64,000 nt of DNA from the IMG/VR virus record IMGVR_UViG_3300017716_001697, positions 224,001 to 288,000 of that record; one strand, 5' to 3'. A model generated the notes under the pieces. That model was not told the DNA's origin. It did no database searches and saw nothing but the letters and a program-made list of their open reading frames with translations. Of the stretch, positions 28,176-37,465 are shown one piece after another. The DNA comes from a virus (lineage: Duplodnaviria > Caudoviricetes). The first letter of the stretch is position 1, and each line of letters opens with the position of its first letter. A program made the position numbers and the translations under genes.

Positions 28176-28762
28176 CAGAAGAAGATACATTCAATGCACT
28201 TCGCAGAATACCGCTGCGGAAGATGCATATACTATTGAAACCGCTTTTGATGCATGACGCACCAGGCGAAGTAATAGATAACCTATTGCACGCCAATGGA
28301 TGGACACTCGACGAGTATTACACAGAAAGGGATGCCACAGCAATGGCACGTATCAATGCATACTGCTGAAGATACGTTCAACACGTTAAGACGCATACCA
28401 TTTGACATGGTAAGACAGACACTTATTACTATCGCTATCGGAACCAATGTAAAGACCTTCCTGGAAAGTAATGGCTGGACAGAAAAAGAATACAGTGATA
28501 TGTGGCATCACAAATACAATAATGGCGTGCTCTTGGTTGGGCGCACCAGATAACAATAATGACTGAAGACGACACATTTAACACCCTACGGAGGCCATCT
28601 GTTACGGAGATGTATGCTATTCTGCATAATCATTCATATAGCATAACCTTAAATAATCCTGTACTAGAACAGCACGGCTGGACACGAGAAGAATATGATA
28701 AAGCAAAGTCCGGGATAGATATGGGTATATTCAAAGAGATACGACGTAGGTTGAACAAATGA
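28169..28762 (+). CDS. three TEDDTFNxLR-family paralogues: 28169-28369, 28356-28553, 28559-28762
   Basis: LTEEDTFNALRR, HTAEDTFNTLRR, MTEDDTFNTLRR; L..(N/H)GWT..EY. Confidence 0.85.
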
Positions 28763-30721
28763 AAAGCTATAAGATAGCAGTGCATGAGGATGAAGTAGTC
28801 GCGTTTATCAAAGAAACTGGTGCAACCTGCGACACAGCATGGGATGAACAAACCAGAACAACGAAACGATTCTTCGTGTTTGGTACTAATGGCATCCCAT
28901 ACTTCCTACACCACTTGACAACAGAAGAAGAACATGTAACAATGATACTAATGAAATACAAATCCATCCGTTATAGCAGACCTATGCACGGGATGCTGTA
29001 TTGGTGTAACGCGGGTGAGGAAATATGAAAGATCACTACCGTGTCTGGATTAATTTACACGATAAAAAGAAGTTTGAAGCACTGCTGCGTATCAACGGTA
29101 TCTACATTACATGCAGCCCTGATGCATACTTTAGATCTGAGTACGTACCAGTTTGTTATGATACACTAATGAGTGGAGAAGATGAACTAATGCTCCAACT
29201 CTCAATCGATTGTGTAATACTAAACAGGAAAGACGATGCTACAGATCTTCGAACTAAGGCATTAGAAAAAGTAAGAGCAATGGTATGAAAACTTATATCA
29301 TAGACTTTGGCGACCACACACTAGATCAATTCAATAGTATTGTGGAGCCATCACGCAGACTTAAGGATGAGAATACAGGCTGGGTAAGACGCTGGCGTGC
29401 AGTAAAGCTAACAGACGAAGAAGCCACAGTAGTGTGTCTCATCTTCAAACATATCAGAGTAAATGAAGGAGAAGGCGTCCAACTTCTCACCAAGCACTTT
29501 AGCGATCCAAAATGAACAATACACGCGAAATAGAAATAACAGTACAAACCGAAAGGTGTAACGAGCTTGCCGATGTATTGTCAACCCTGAGGCTGACATA
29601 CTATGCCTCAGATCAAGCAACCGGTACAATCACATCCACATTCAGTATCAGAGCAACCCCAGAAGACCTAGTATTGCTGAAACTTAGTATTAGCGATATA
29701 GTATTAACTGATGTATCACTTAGTATTAATGATGCAGGATATAAGGCAAGGATGACAGGCGAAGTGATAGCTCTCCGCCACAAGTATGTAGGTAAATGGC
29801 TGGGATTGAAACTGTGATAGATTGTCTTATATACTTAGATGAAACAACTGTGTCTCGCTTTAATGAACTTGTCGCACCATGTCACAGACATAAAACTTCG
29901 ATAAGCGATGTTCCACAATGGTATAGAGTTGTGCTGTATGACGAAGAAGCTACCGCAGTGTTTCTAGTATTCAAACACTTAGCAGCACAAAGAATGCCTC
30001 CATATTTCCGGGAAATGTTAGGGGATATCCATGAGTATTAAAATGCATAAGATATTTCTTGACCATAATTCCGCACAAGGATTCAATAATGTAGTGTGCG
30101 AAGAGCATCAAGTACACCACAACTTAATAGATTACTTCCCACACGGTGCCTGGTTTAATGTACTACTATCAGACGAGGAATTGACCATAATTACGCTAAA
30201 ATTCGAACCTAATCTCATTAATACATATAGACCCACCCAATAGCTCATCAATCATATTTGTGCTATAGTATTGTTATGAGTAAACTCCACTATTTGGCAT
30301 TCCTTAGTAATGATGAAATCCCCGAGTTCAACAAGATAGTATCCAACGAATCACAACTCACAATGTGCAGCCACGGCCTATCAGCTCAGTGGTTTTATAT
30401 CACACTATCACCCGAAGAATCGACCATAATTAAGCTAAAATTCAGATATGTAGAGCGAGACACACATCAACGCAATGTCACCGCTTATTCTGAATAAAGA
30501 GAACGAAAATGAATGATATTACAAAGAACTATAGTGTATTCATACATAGGAAAGATGTAGATAGATTCTATACTATAGTGAGTAACTTCGATCACAACAG
30601 CGGCCTAATGGAAACACTCTTCAATAAGCTACATGCAGGCTATCGCTTAAAAATGCATGATCATGAAACAATTATACTAAGACTTAGTATAGAAGACATA
30701 TCGATCACAGAATCCCACTAA
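28759..30721 (+). CDS. array A, eight small paralogues: 28759-29028, 29025-29288, 29285-29515, 29512-29817, 29814-30041, 30031-30243, 30276-30497, 30509-30721
   Basis: C-terminal motifs TTEEEHVTMILMKY, SGEDELMLQL, LTDEEATVVCLIF, TPEDLVLLKL, YDEEATAVFLVF, LSDEELTIITLKF, LSPEESTIIKLKF, HDHETIILRL. Confidence 0.8.
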
Positions 30722-31970
30722 GGAAAAATACACTGTGTACGAAACATGTACAGTAAAGAACCTTAGCATAATATTGCTTGAATAGTGAGAATGATAGCAT
30801 AGTATGCTATAGAAAAAGACTTAATTGGACGTAGCGGTTTAAAGGTTATTTGCAGAGGCCTCTCTCCAGGAAATAGAATGAAAAAGGGAAAGCCCCCATA
30901 GGTCTAAGATAGGAATCCTGTGTGAATTTCACGGTCAGATTTGGAAATCAGATTTGGAATCCTAGGTGCCCTTTTCAAATAGGAATCCTACGGGAGGTTT
31001 TGGCGGCAGATTCCTGCCTATGCGCCTAAAGGGCGGTCTAGGTGCCAATATGCGGCGCAATGCCCACATCAGTGCGCCGTGGCGTATGCGTATATGTGAA
31101 ATCCTTTCCACTTTAATTCACTTTGGCTTATGGTTATCGATTCGATGCCCTATAGCTTTTCACTGTGGAATCCTTATGTGCGCAATATTATGCTAAGATT
31201 TCCACGATTCGAAGCATAGAATCAAGATCTTGCACTGTGTGAATCTAAACTTTTCACTACGATCAAAGCTTTTCTTAGCATACTATGCTATGCATACCAC
31301 ATTGGAAACCTTAGTTAAACCACTAGACTGTGCTTATGCCAACAGTTATAATGGTAGGGCACGCTAGCGGGAGCAGAACAGTCACTGTAAAAGATTACAT
31401 ACAGTAAGGCCTGTACACCGGTCCGTCTCTGTTCGCCGCTAGCAACTTTATACTATAGTAGAGATCATGAACTTCTTTACTATACGTTTCTTTACTACAT
31501 AGAGTTTCTATGAATTTCACACTGTGGTTTTCTGTGAATTTCGATAAAGAGTTTCGGATTTCATAAGAATTTCACAGTGCGGATTTCGATCGGTTAGTAA
31601 GTGCTTACCAACATAGTGTGGTTTTCTTGCTACTGTGAGTTTCATGCAACGAAACGTGGAATCGGTTCCGCTTCGGTGTGGCGTATGGCCAACAGCGTTT
31701 GATCTGGTGGTTGGTGGCTTTCAACCTCGGAGGGCTGGTCTTGTGATCGTAGTACGGCCACGTGGGTTAATGCGAGGATTGTGCCCTAAGGTGTCTAAGG
31801 TATCGTTTAGCCTCGGCAGTAAAATCTTAGGTATCGTGCTCTTATCCGAGGTGGGCCGTAAGAGCATTGATTCTTATAGTGATTCTGTCTAACCTAAGCA
31901 CTAAGCCTCGCAAACGGTTCTTAAGACTCTGCAGACAGATTGCGAGGCTGTAGATATCGCTTTACTTTGA
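30722..31970. other. about 1.25-kb non-coding, repeat- and palindrome-rich junction (candidate terminus, origin or injection signal)
   Basis: No credible ORF; GGAATCCT x4 (30912, 30956, 30982, 31167); 16-bp inverted pair 30762-77/31182-97; palindrome ATAGCATAGTATGCTAT 30794-810 with complementary copy 31276-91. Confidence 0.6.
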
Positions 31971-32016
31971 GTGTGTGCTATGCTATAATAAGGTATCAAC
32001 CGCTTTAGAGACTATC

Positions 32017-32508
32017 ATGGCGATCATAGATATATACCACGAGCAGCATAGCGTACCCGATGGGTTAAAACTGTTTAAGCGATCGAAGAGCACTAGTGAG
32101 CTTTTAAAGCTGGTCATACATTACCTATCGCAAGGTAGGGCGTTGCGCTGCTGGTGCTGCCAACGTGAAGTCAACGCTGTTATTACTATGCAGGCTAAGA
32201 AAGATCCTGCTGTGTTTAATACATTTGCACATATGGATGGTTGTACAGTGGAAAGGTACAGTGTAGATCACATCATCCCTAAGGCCTTTGGTGGTGTTGA
32301 CAGGATGGAGAACTACAGGCTTTCATGCATTAAGTGTAATCACACACGCGACATCAATATGTCTGATGCTGAGATCATGTTTCTTTCTAGTAATCAACAT
32401 CTATGCAAAGACGGAAAAAAAGTATATAATAACGTAAGGCACAAGATTAGCCCGCATTACTTTAGCACAACGGTTCAGCACTATGATCAGTCACACTACA
32501 CATATTAA
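32017..32508 (+). CDS. HNH endonuclease
   Basis: CWCC...SVDHIIPKAFGGVDRMENYRLSCIKCN. Confidence 0.85.
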   Translation: MAIIDIYHEQHSVPDGLKLFKRSKSTSELLKLVIHYLSQGRALRCWCCQREVNAVITMQAKKDPAVFNTFAHMDGCTVERYSVDHIIPKAFGGVDRMENYRLSCIKCNHTRDINMSDAEIMFLSSNQHLCKDGKKVYNNVRHKISPHYFSTTVQHYDQSHYTY

Positions 32509-32516
32509 GGATTAAC

Positions 32517-32822
32517 ATGCGTACATCAACAATTTTGCGTGCAGTAAAGCGGCGTCTACCAAAGGATGCTGATACCCGTGGAACATCACCGTTTATCTGT
32601 GATCAGGTGCGGGAGGTTTGTGAGGATATGGGTAAGCGACTCACAGGTGTGCGCATCAGGAACATGATCAGCAAACGGATCAATGGGCGGTTTGATATTG
32701 AAGCCTGGCTCATCCACGAAGCAGGAGTTCATCCTGCTGCTATTGATGATATCAATATTCAAGAGTATCGCCAACGCTGGCTGGACTCAATGATTGTTGA
32801 ATTTACGGCTAAGGGAGATTGA
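32517..32822 (+). CDS. hypothetical protein, family with 6839 and 32824
   Basis: FIC...I..RI....IEAWL...RQRWLDSMI.EF.AKGD. Confidence 0.85.
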   Translation: MRTSTILRAVKRRLPKDADTRGTSPFICDQVREVCEDMGKRLTGVRIRNMISKRINGRFDIEAWLIHEAGVHPAAIDDINIQEYRQRWLDSMIVEFTAKGD

Positions 32823-32823
32823 C

Positions 32824-33156
32824 ATGAAGGTTACACGCAAAGATATAGCGCGAGCATTCACAGATGCGAAGAAGTATCTCTCTGATACACACATTGACAG
32901 CCATGGCCAGTTTGAATACATCTGCTGGGCATTGAATCACACTACTTGCAATCACTTTGTGATAAGGGAGTGCCGCAAGATCATTAATGCTCGCCTCGAG
33001 CGCCACACAACATTCAGGGACTGGATGGAAGCTGAGTATCCAGAATTGCGTGATGCAATTGATGCAGACTACCGCTACAACAAGGGCCGCAAGATGCAGA
33101 AGGCTCGCAGTGCTTGGTTGGACTCGATGATTAAAGAGCACAGCAAAAAGGTGTAG
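32824..33156 (+). CDS. hypothetical protein, family with 6839 and 32517
   Basis: YICWAL...RKIINARL...F.DWM...KMQKAR.AWLDSMIKE. Confidence 0.85.
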   Translation: MKVTRKDIARAFTDAKKYLSDTHIDSHGQFEYICWALNHTTCNHFVIRECRKIINARLERHTTFRDWMEAEYPELRDAIDADYRYNKGRKMQKARSAWLDSMIKEHSKKV

Positions 33157-33208
33157 ACCTGGAATCACTATTGCGCTATAATACATATATCGCAACAAGG
33201 AGTACATC

Positions 33209-33379
33209 ATGGCAAGTAAGGAACAGTTCTGTACAGACGTAGGCAAGCGTGCTGAAATCTACGGCGTGGAAGATGGCAGCGACCTGTGTTTCAATCTCAT
33301 CGAGATGGGTGTTATCGTTCCGACTGACGGCATTGAAGAAGCTGCTCGCATTGTTGCACAGCACGTTCTGCAAGCATAA
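33209..33379 (+). CDS. small acidic protein
   Basis: Hand-translated; follows the cassette RBS. Confidence 0.75.
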   Translation: MASKEQFCTDVGKRAEIYGVEDGSDLCFNLIEMGVIVPTDGIEEAARIVAQHVLQA

Positions 33380-33388
33380 GGAGTCATC

Positions 33389-33610
33389 ATGAGCCGCAAG
33401 TACACAAACAAACTGTTGGAAATGGTTGACGAAGGATCCTATGATCCTAAGGAGATCATGACTATGGCTCTCAACGCTTTAAGCGAAGACGATGTCGAAG
33501 AGATGTGTCGTGCAAACGATCTTGTTGATGGAATGGGGCTCGACGATGAAGATGATGATGGTCAACCCGATGAAGCTCAGGAATGGCATGACTTTGATCC
33601 CGACTGTTAA
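33389..33610 (+). CDS. highly acidic small protein
   Basis: AAGGAG RBS; ends DDEDDDGQPDEAQEWHDFDPDC. Confidence 0.85.
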   Translation: MSRKYTNKLLEMVDEGSYDPKEIMTMALNALSEDDVEEMCRANDLVDGMGLDDEDDDGQPDEAQEWHDFDPDC

Positions 33611-33875
33611 ATAATGCTCGCTATCACGTTAATGATAGTTTGAGCTTAGTAGGGTCTAGTTCAGGTGTTGACGTTAGGTTCTGTATCTGACACGTTGATG
33701 CTGAGGTGGTTGGCCCTACCGGACACGCATGTTAAATCACCCCACTCCTAACTAGATTGCGGCTAGTAATACAGATGACATGCAATGCTGATAGGCAAGC
33801 TATCATAAATTTCTATTAATGGTTGCTCAATGATAGCTATGTGTTATAATACATACATCGCAACAAGGAGTACAT

Positions 33876-34067
33876 ATGCAAGTTCCACAAGTAGGTGACA
33901 AGTGCTGTGCAGACCCAGAGTTTGATGGCACATTCCTATACGGTGTGATCACTAAGATCGTAGACGGACTTGCGTGGTCTAACTTGCAGAAGGGTTTCTT
34001 CGGGGAGTTCTGTGGCGACATTCCTACACACAAACGTGATGGTGTGTGGGTTTATGATTCCTTCTAA
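33876..34067 (+). CDS. hypothetical protein
   Basis: Cassette RBS. Confidence 0.8.
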   Translation: MQVPQVGDKCCADPEFDGTFLYGVITKIVDGLAWSNLQKGFFGEFCGDIPTHKRDGVWVYDSF

Positions 34068-34074
34068 GGTGCAT

Positions 34075-34254
34075 ATGAACAACGAAGCAGTAGCAAAGAT
34101 CGTTAAGGGTATCAATCAATGGATGGCCCATGTGCGAGCTGCTGGTGACATCGCTGACATTGAGGATGCCCTCGGCGAGTACAGCGACACGATGCAACGT
34201 GCCGGTGTCACACGTAACGAGGTGTATGCGGCGTTTCGGAAACAATTTGAATAA
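34075..34254 (+). CDS. hypothetical protein
   Basis: ATG 34075 after AAGG. Confidence 0.7.
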   Translation: MNNEAVAKIVKGINQWMAHVRAAGDIADIEDALGEYSDTMQRAGVTRNEVYAAFRKQFE

Positions 34255-34312
34255 TGAGTTGACTTGGTGCCATCCTAGTGTTATAATAAACACATAGCAA
34301 CAAAGGATCATC

Positions 34313-34771
34313 ATGAAGTACTCCAAGCACATACACGTATTGCAACTGTTGTCGACAATTCCGCCTAACCCGGTTCGTGCGTATGTGAACAAACACAACC
34401 AGCCGTACCCAGCAGAATGGCTTCAACAATGCAATGATGCGTGGGATCACTTGTTCACGTACATCCATGCGAACTGGGCACGTCCTGACACAGCGATGGC
34501 TGACGGTGACATAGTCTGTAGCTACCCCACAATTACTTCTGTTCAGGGCAAGGTCGACGTGTTTGATTGTCGAGTTATGCTTGCAATGGGGCGAGACGAT
34601 CTCGAGGCTAAACTAGCGTCATTGCCTCCCTACTTCAGCGAGACGATCTTTCCGGTAGCGGTTGCTCGCTATATGCTAGGTGGCATTCATCTGAACCTTC
34701 CGATTCAGCACCGCGAGCTTACAACCTTCCACGAGTTTCACAATCGTTACGGGCGCATCATCTTGTCGTAA
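34313..34771 (+). CDS. hypothetical protein
   Basis: Cassette RBS. Confidence 0.8.
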   Translation: MKYSKHIHVLQLLSTIPPNPVRAYVNKHNQPYPAEWLQQCNDAWDHLFTYIHANWARPDTAMADGDIVCSYPTITSVQGKVDVFDCRVMLAMGRDDLEAKLASLPPYFSETIFPVAVARYMLGGIHLNLPIQHRELTTFHEFHNRYGRIILS

Positions 34772-34808
34772 TAATTTGTGCTATAATAAGCACAACAAGG
34801 AGCAATGC

Positions 34809-35243
34809 ATGCGTACAGTAAACGGTAATTGGAGTGCAGTGGTTAAAGAACTGCGCAGGATCGTTGTAAAGCACACTCAGTTCGAGATGCAAGAGCATGC
34901 TCACGCTTTCAGTGATGTGATGTTTACTACAGACACATTCCACCCATTTGACTGTGAAGGTGAGCGTTTGATGGAGCGTGTACTGCGTGGTATGCCAGTG
35001 CGCTGCGACTATCGCAACTGTGAGTCACTTGCTACGTGGAAGGACTTCAAGGAACAGCTCATTGATGCAGTGTACATATGGTGTGTAGAGACAGAGTATC
35101 TCATTACTGATCACTACAACGATTCGTGGAACTTCGCACCCGGTTATGTGCGCCCAGCATCCATTAAGCATGATGATTGGTTGTGGGTAGCTAACAAGGT
35201 ATTCGCTCGTGTACATCGGGCAGCATTGAAAGGTATGAAATGA
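34809..35243 (+). CDS. hypothetical protein
   Basis: Cassette RBS; start corrected to 34809. Confidence 0.8.
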   Translation: MRTVNGNWSAVVKELRRIVVKHTQFEMQEHAHAFSDVMFTTDTFHPFDCEGERLMERVLRGMPVRCDYRNCESLATWKDFKEQLIDAVYIWCVETEYLITDHYNDSWNFAPGYVRPASIKHDDWLWVANKVFARVHRAALKGMK

Positions 35244-35422
35244 ACAAGTATATGTGTTTCTACAACGGCAAGACTTGGGAAGTTACTGCCGACTCACTGT
35301 ATGCTGCAAAGCTGGCAGCAATTAAGATCATTTGTGCACCTCGCAAGAAAGAGCACATGATCTCAGTGGTCCTATACGAGAAGGAAGGCACGCCAGTAGT
35401 AGTTTCAACAGCATCACTTTAA
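35240..35422 (+). CDS. hypothetical phage protein
   Basis: Y.CFYNGK..EV.A.SLY.AK. Confidence 0.8.
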   Translation: MNKYMCFYNGKTWEVTADSLYAAKLAAIKIICAPRKKEHMISVVLYEKEGTPVVVSTASL

Positions 35423-35479
35423 TTGTTGACTTGGCTTCAGTTCTGCCATATAATACATACAAGTAACAAGGAGTAGCAG

Positions 35480-35803
35480 ATGACACAAGTAATTTTGCAC
35501 ATGTTGAAGCCAGAACTGATGATTAACATGTACACAGGCGGCATGGATAATCAGCTCGAGCAAGCCCGCAAGATGATTGCTGAAGGTGGCTACGAGGCAG
35601 TTGTTGTAGACGGCATCGGGGAAGGCAAAACACACACAGTGGAAATTATTGCCGACGAGATGTTCGATCTCACTAACAATCCAAATCGGCAGGATGAGCG
35701 CGAAGAAGCTTACGGACGTGGTCGGTCTCTTAGCGTAGGGGACATTGTTGAAGCCAACGGCGCGAAACTGTTGTGCTGCTCCTTTGGTTGGAAGGCGGTC
35801 TAG
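35480..35803 (+). CDS. YodL-like domain protein (tentative)
   Basis: RSLSVGDIV......L.C.SFGW. Confidence 0.65.
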   Translation: MTQVILHMLKPELMINMYTGGMDNQLEQARKMIAEGGYEAVVVDGIGEGKTHTVEIIADEMFDLTNNPNRQDEREEAYGRGRSLSVGDIVEANGAKLLCCSFGWKAV

Positions 35804-35804
35804 T

Positions 35805-36146
35805 ATGCAAGTCACTACATCCACTATCACACGTATTGCAGACGCAGACATCCCCGCAGGGCGTTGCCGTTGCCCGGTTTGTGATGGTACGATGGAAGTA
35901 GGTGCTAATGAGTACCAGAAGAAGTACAAGAATGTGATTGCAGGCTACAACCTCGCTAACGATACTGTGCGATGCAACAATTGTGGAGGCCAATACATGT
36001 TTGGCTCGCCTAAGGGGCATGTTAAGCCTAATGCTGCAGGAGATGGCTGCTGGCACGACTATGCTGGCACAAACGCAGGGCGCTGCCGCACTGACTACAA
36101 GTGTACGCATTGTGGCGACACATATCAGATCGATTCTGGCGATTAA
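35805..36146 (+). CDS. Zn-ribbon protein
   Basis: CPVC, CNNC, C.H, C...Y.C.HC. Confidence 0.8.
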   Translation: MQVTTSTITRIADADIPAGRCRCPVCDGTMEVGANEYQKKYKNVIAGYNLANDTVRCNNCGGQYMFGSPKGHVKPNAAGDGCWHDYAGTNAGRCRTDYKCTHCGDTYQIDSGD

Positions 36147-36204
36147 AGGTAGACAAGGAACCTTTTCCTTGTTATAATCAATACATCGCAACAAGGAGTA
36201 CATT

Positions 36205-36585
36205 ATGGAACTACAGTTTAACCCTAACGCTATCGCAAGCAAAGCAATTGAGAATCATTTCAATGCTTGTATATCCTCAGGCATTGACGTATGCATTACG
36301 GCAGCAGATGACAACAGTGTCACACTTGCACCATGGCGGTTCGGCAATCCACTGCCAAAGGAGTTCACACTCCGGCAGCGCGTAGCAGGCATGGGTGCAT
36401 GTGTTGGTGGATACCTGAAGATTGAGCACACAGTGAAACACGACTTGAAAGGCAAGAAGTGCTTTATCACGCTCGGTGGCACTATGAAGCAACCCACAAT
36501 CAAGATACGGTTGGATAGTGCTGCGAACCGTGGACCTAGTAAGGATGTTGCGTTGATTAGTTTCGACCCAAAGTACACCCCTTAA
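36205..36585 (+). CDS. hypothetical protein
   Basis: Cassette RBS. Confidence 0.8.
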   Translation: MELQFNPNAIASKAIENHFNACISSGIDVCITAADDNSVTLAPWRFGNPLPKEFTLRQRVAGMGACVGGYLKIEHTVKHDLKGKKCFITLGGTMKQPTIKIRLDSAANRGPSKDVALISFDPKYTP

Positions 36586-36646
36586 TAAAGGTTGGCAGGG
36601 AGGTAACTCCCTGTTATAATAAACACTTAGCAACAAGGAACACATC

Positions 36647-36877
36647 ATGACAACACCCACAGTTGATCAAATTGCCGACGCAGCAGAGCAGGCATGCTTC
36701 TACGTCACTCCTGCTGGGCTATGGCTCCGCATGGACTTCTGCGATATGGATGCAGGTTGCTTCCAAGCACACGACGAAGACTCCGGCGAGGAGTATCGCT
36801 TCGAGTTCGAAGAAATCAAGCTCGAGGGCAAGGAAGAGTTTCACAAACTCGTAAAAATGGAGGTACCTGCTGCTTAA
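36647..36877 (+). CDS. acidic small protein
   Basis: Cassette RBS. Confidence 0.8.
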   Translation: MTTPTVDQIADAAEQACFYVTPAGLWLRMDFCDMDAGCFQAHDEDSGEEYRFEFEEIKLEGKEEFHKLVKMEVPAA

Positions 36878-36915
36878 CTGTGTTATAATAAACACTTAGC
36901 AACAAGGAGTAGGTT

Positions 36916-37224
36916 ATGACTGTAGTGGAAAAGGATTGGCACGGTAACTGGCGTGCTGAAGATCGCATTGCACTCGCCGATGGTCGCACTGCAGAAGTTG
37001 TTACACACAAGGTGTATAGCGGCTGTGTAGTCACATCTGTGCAAGTGGGCAAGCGTAGTGGGCCTGTGTTTGAGTTTACGAATGTAGACTTTCGCACTAA
37101 CCTGAAGAACACAGTGCCTAGTCGTGCAACGTCTAAGTATGTTGCAGCTCAGCATCAAGAGGTGTTGCAGGGCATCGGCCAACTGAAGCTGCAGATTGCT
37201 GCATACTACCTGACACACGCCTAA
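36916..37224 (+). CDS. hypothetical phage protein
   Basis: Cassette RBS. Confidence 0.8.
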   Translation: MTVVEKDWHGNWRAEDRIALADGRTAEVVTHKVYSGCVVTSVQVGKRSGPVFEFTNVDFRTNLKNTVPSRATSKYVAAQHQEVLQGIGQLKLQIAAYYLTHA

Positions 37225-37225
37225 C

Positions 37226-37423
37226 ATGTTACTAACAGGGATACAACTCAAGGATGTCATTGTGCTGGAAGAGCATCATGCTGTCCTCACAGAGTCTGGC
37301 TGGGTTATCCCCGAGTGGTTGGTTTACCTCCGAGAAGAAGTAACCAAGCGTGATCTCGGTCCTGCTTTACTTGATCGATTTGTTCATATAGACCAAATAA
37401 CAGTAGACCAAAAGACTGTTTGA
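37226..37423 (+). CDS. hypothetical protein
   Basis: Coupled ORF. Confidence 0.6.
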   Translation: MLLTGIQLKDVIVLEEHHAVLTESGWVIPEWLVYLREEVTKRDLGPALLDRFVHIDQITVDQKTV

Positions 37424-37465
37424 CCTTATAATACATACATCGCAACACACTAAGGAAGTTTACAG

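Noticed and set aside
30966-31892. ORFs 30966-31196 and 31635-31892
   Set aside because: No RBS, atypical composition, and embedded in repeat-rich non-coding DNA.
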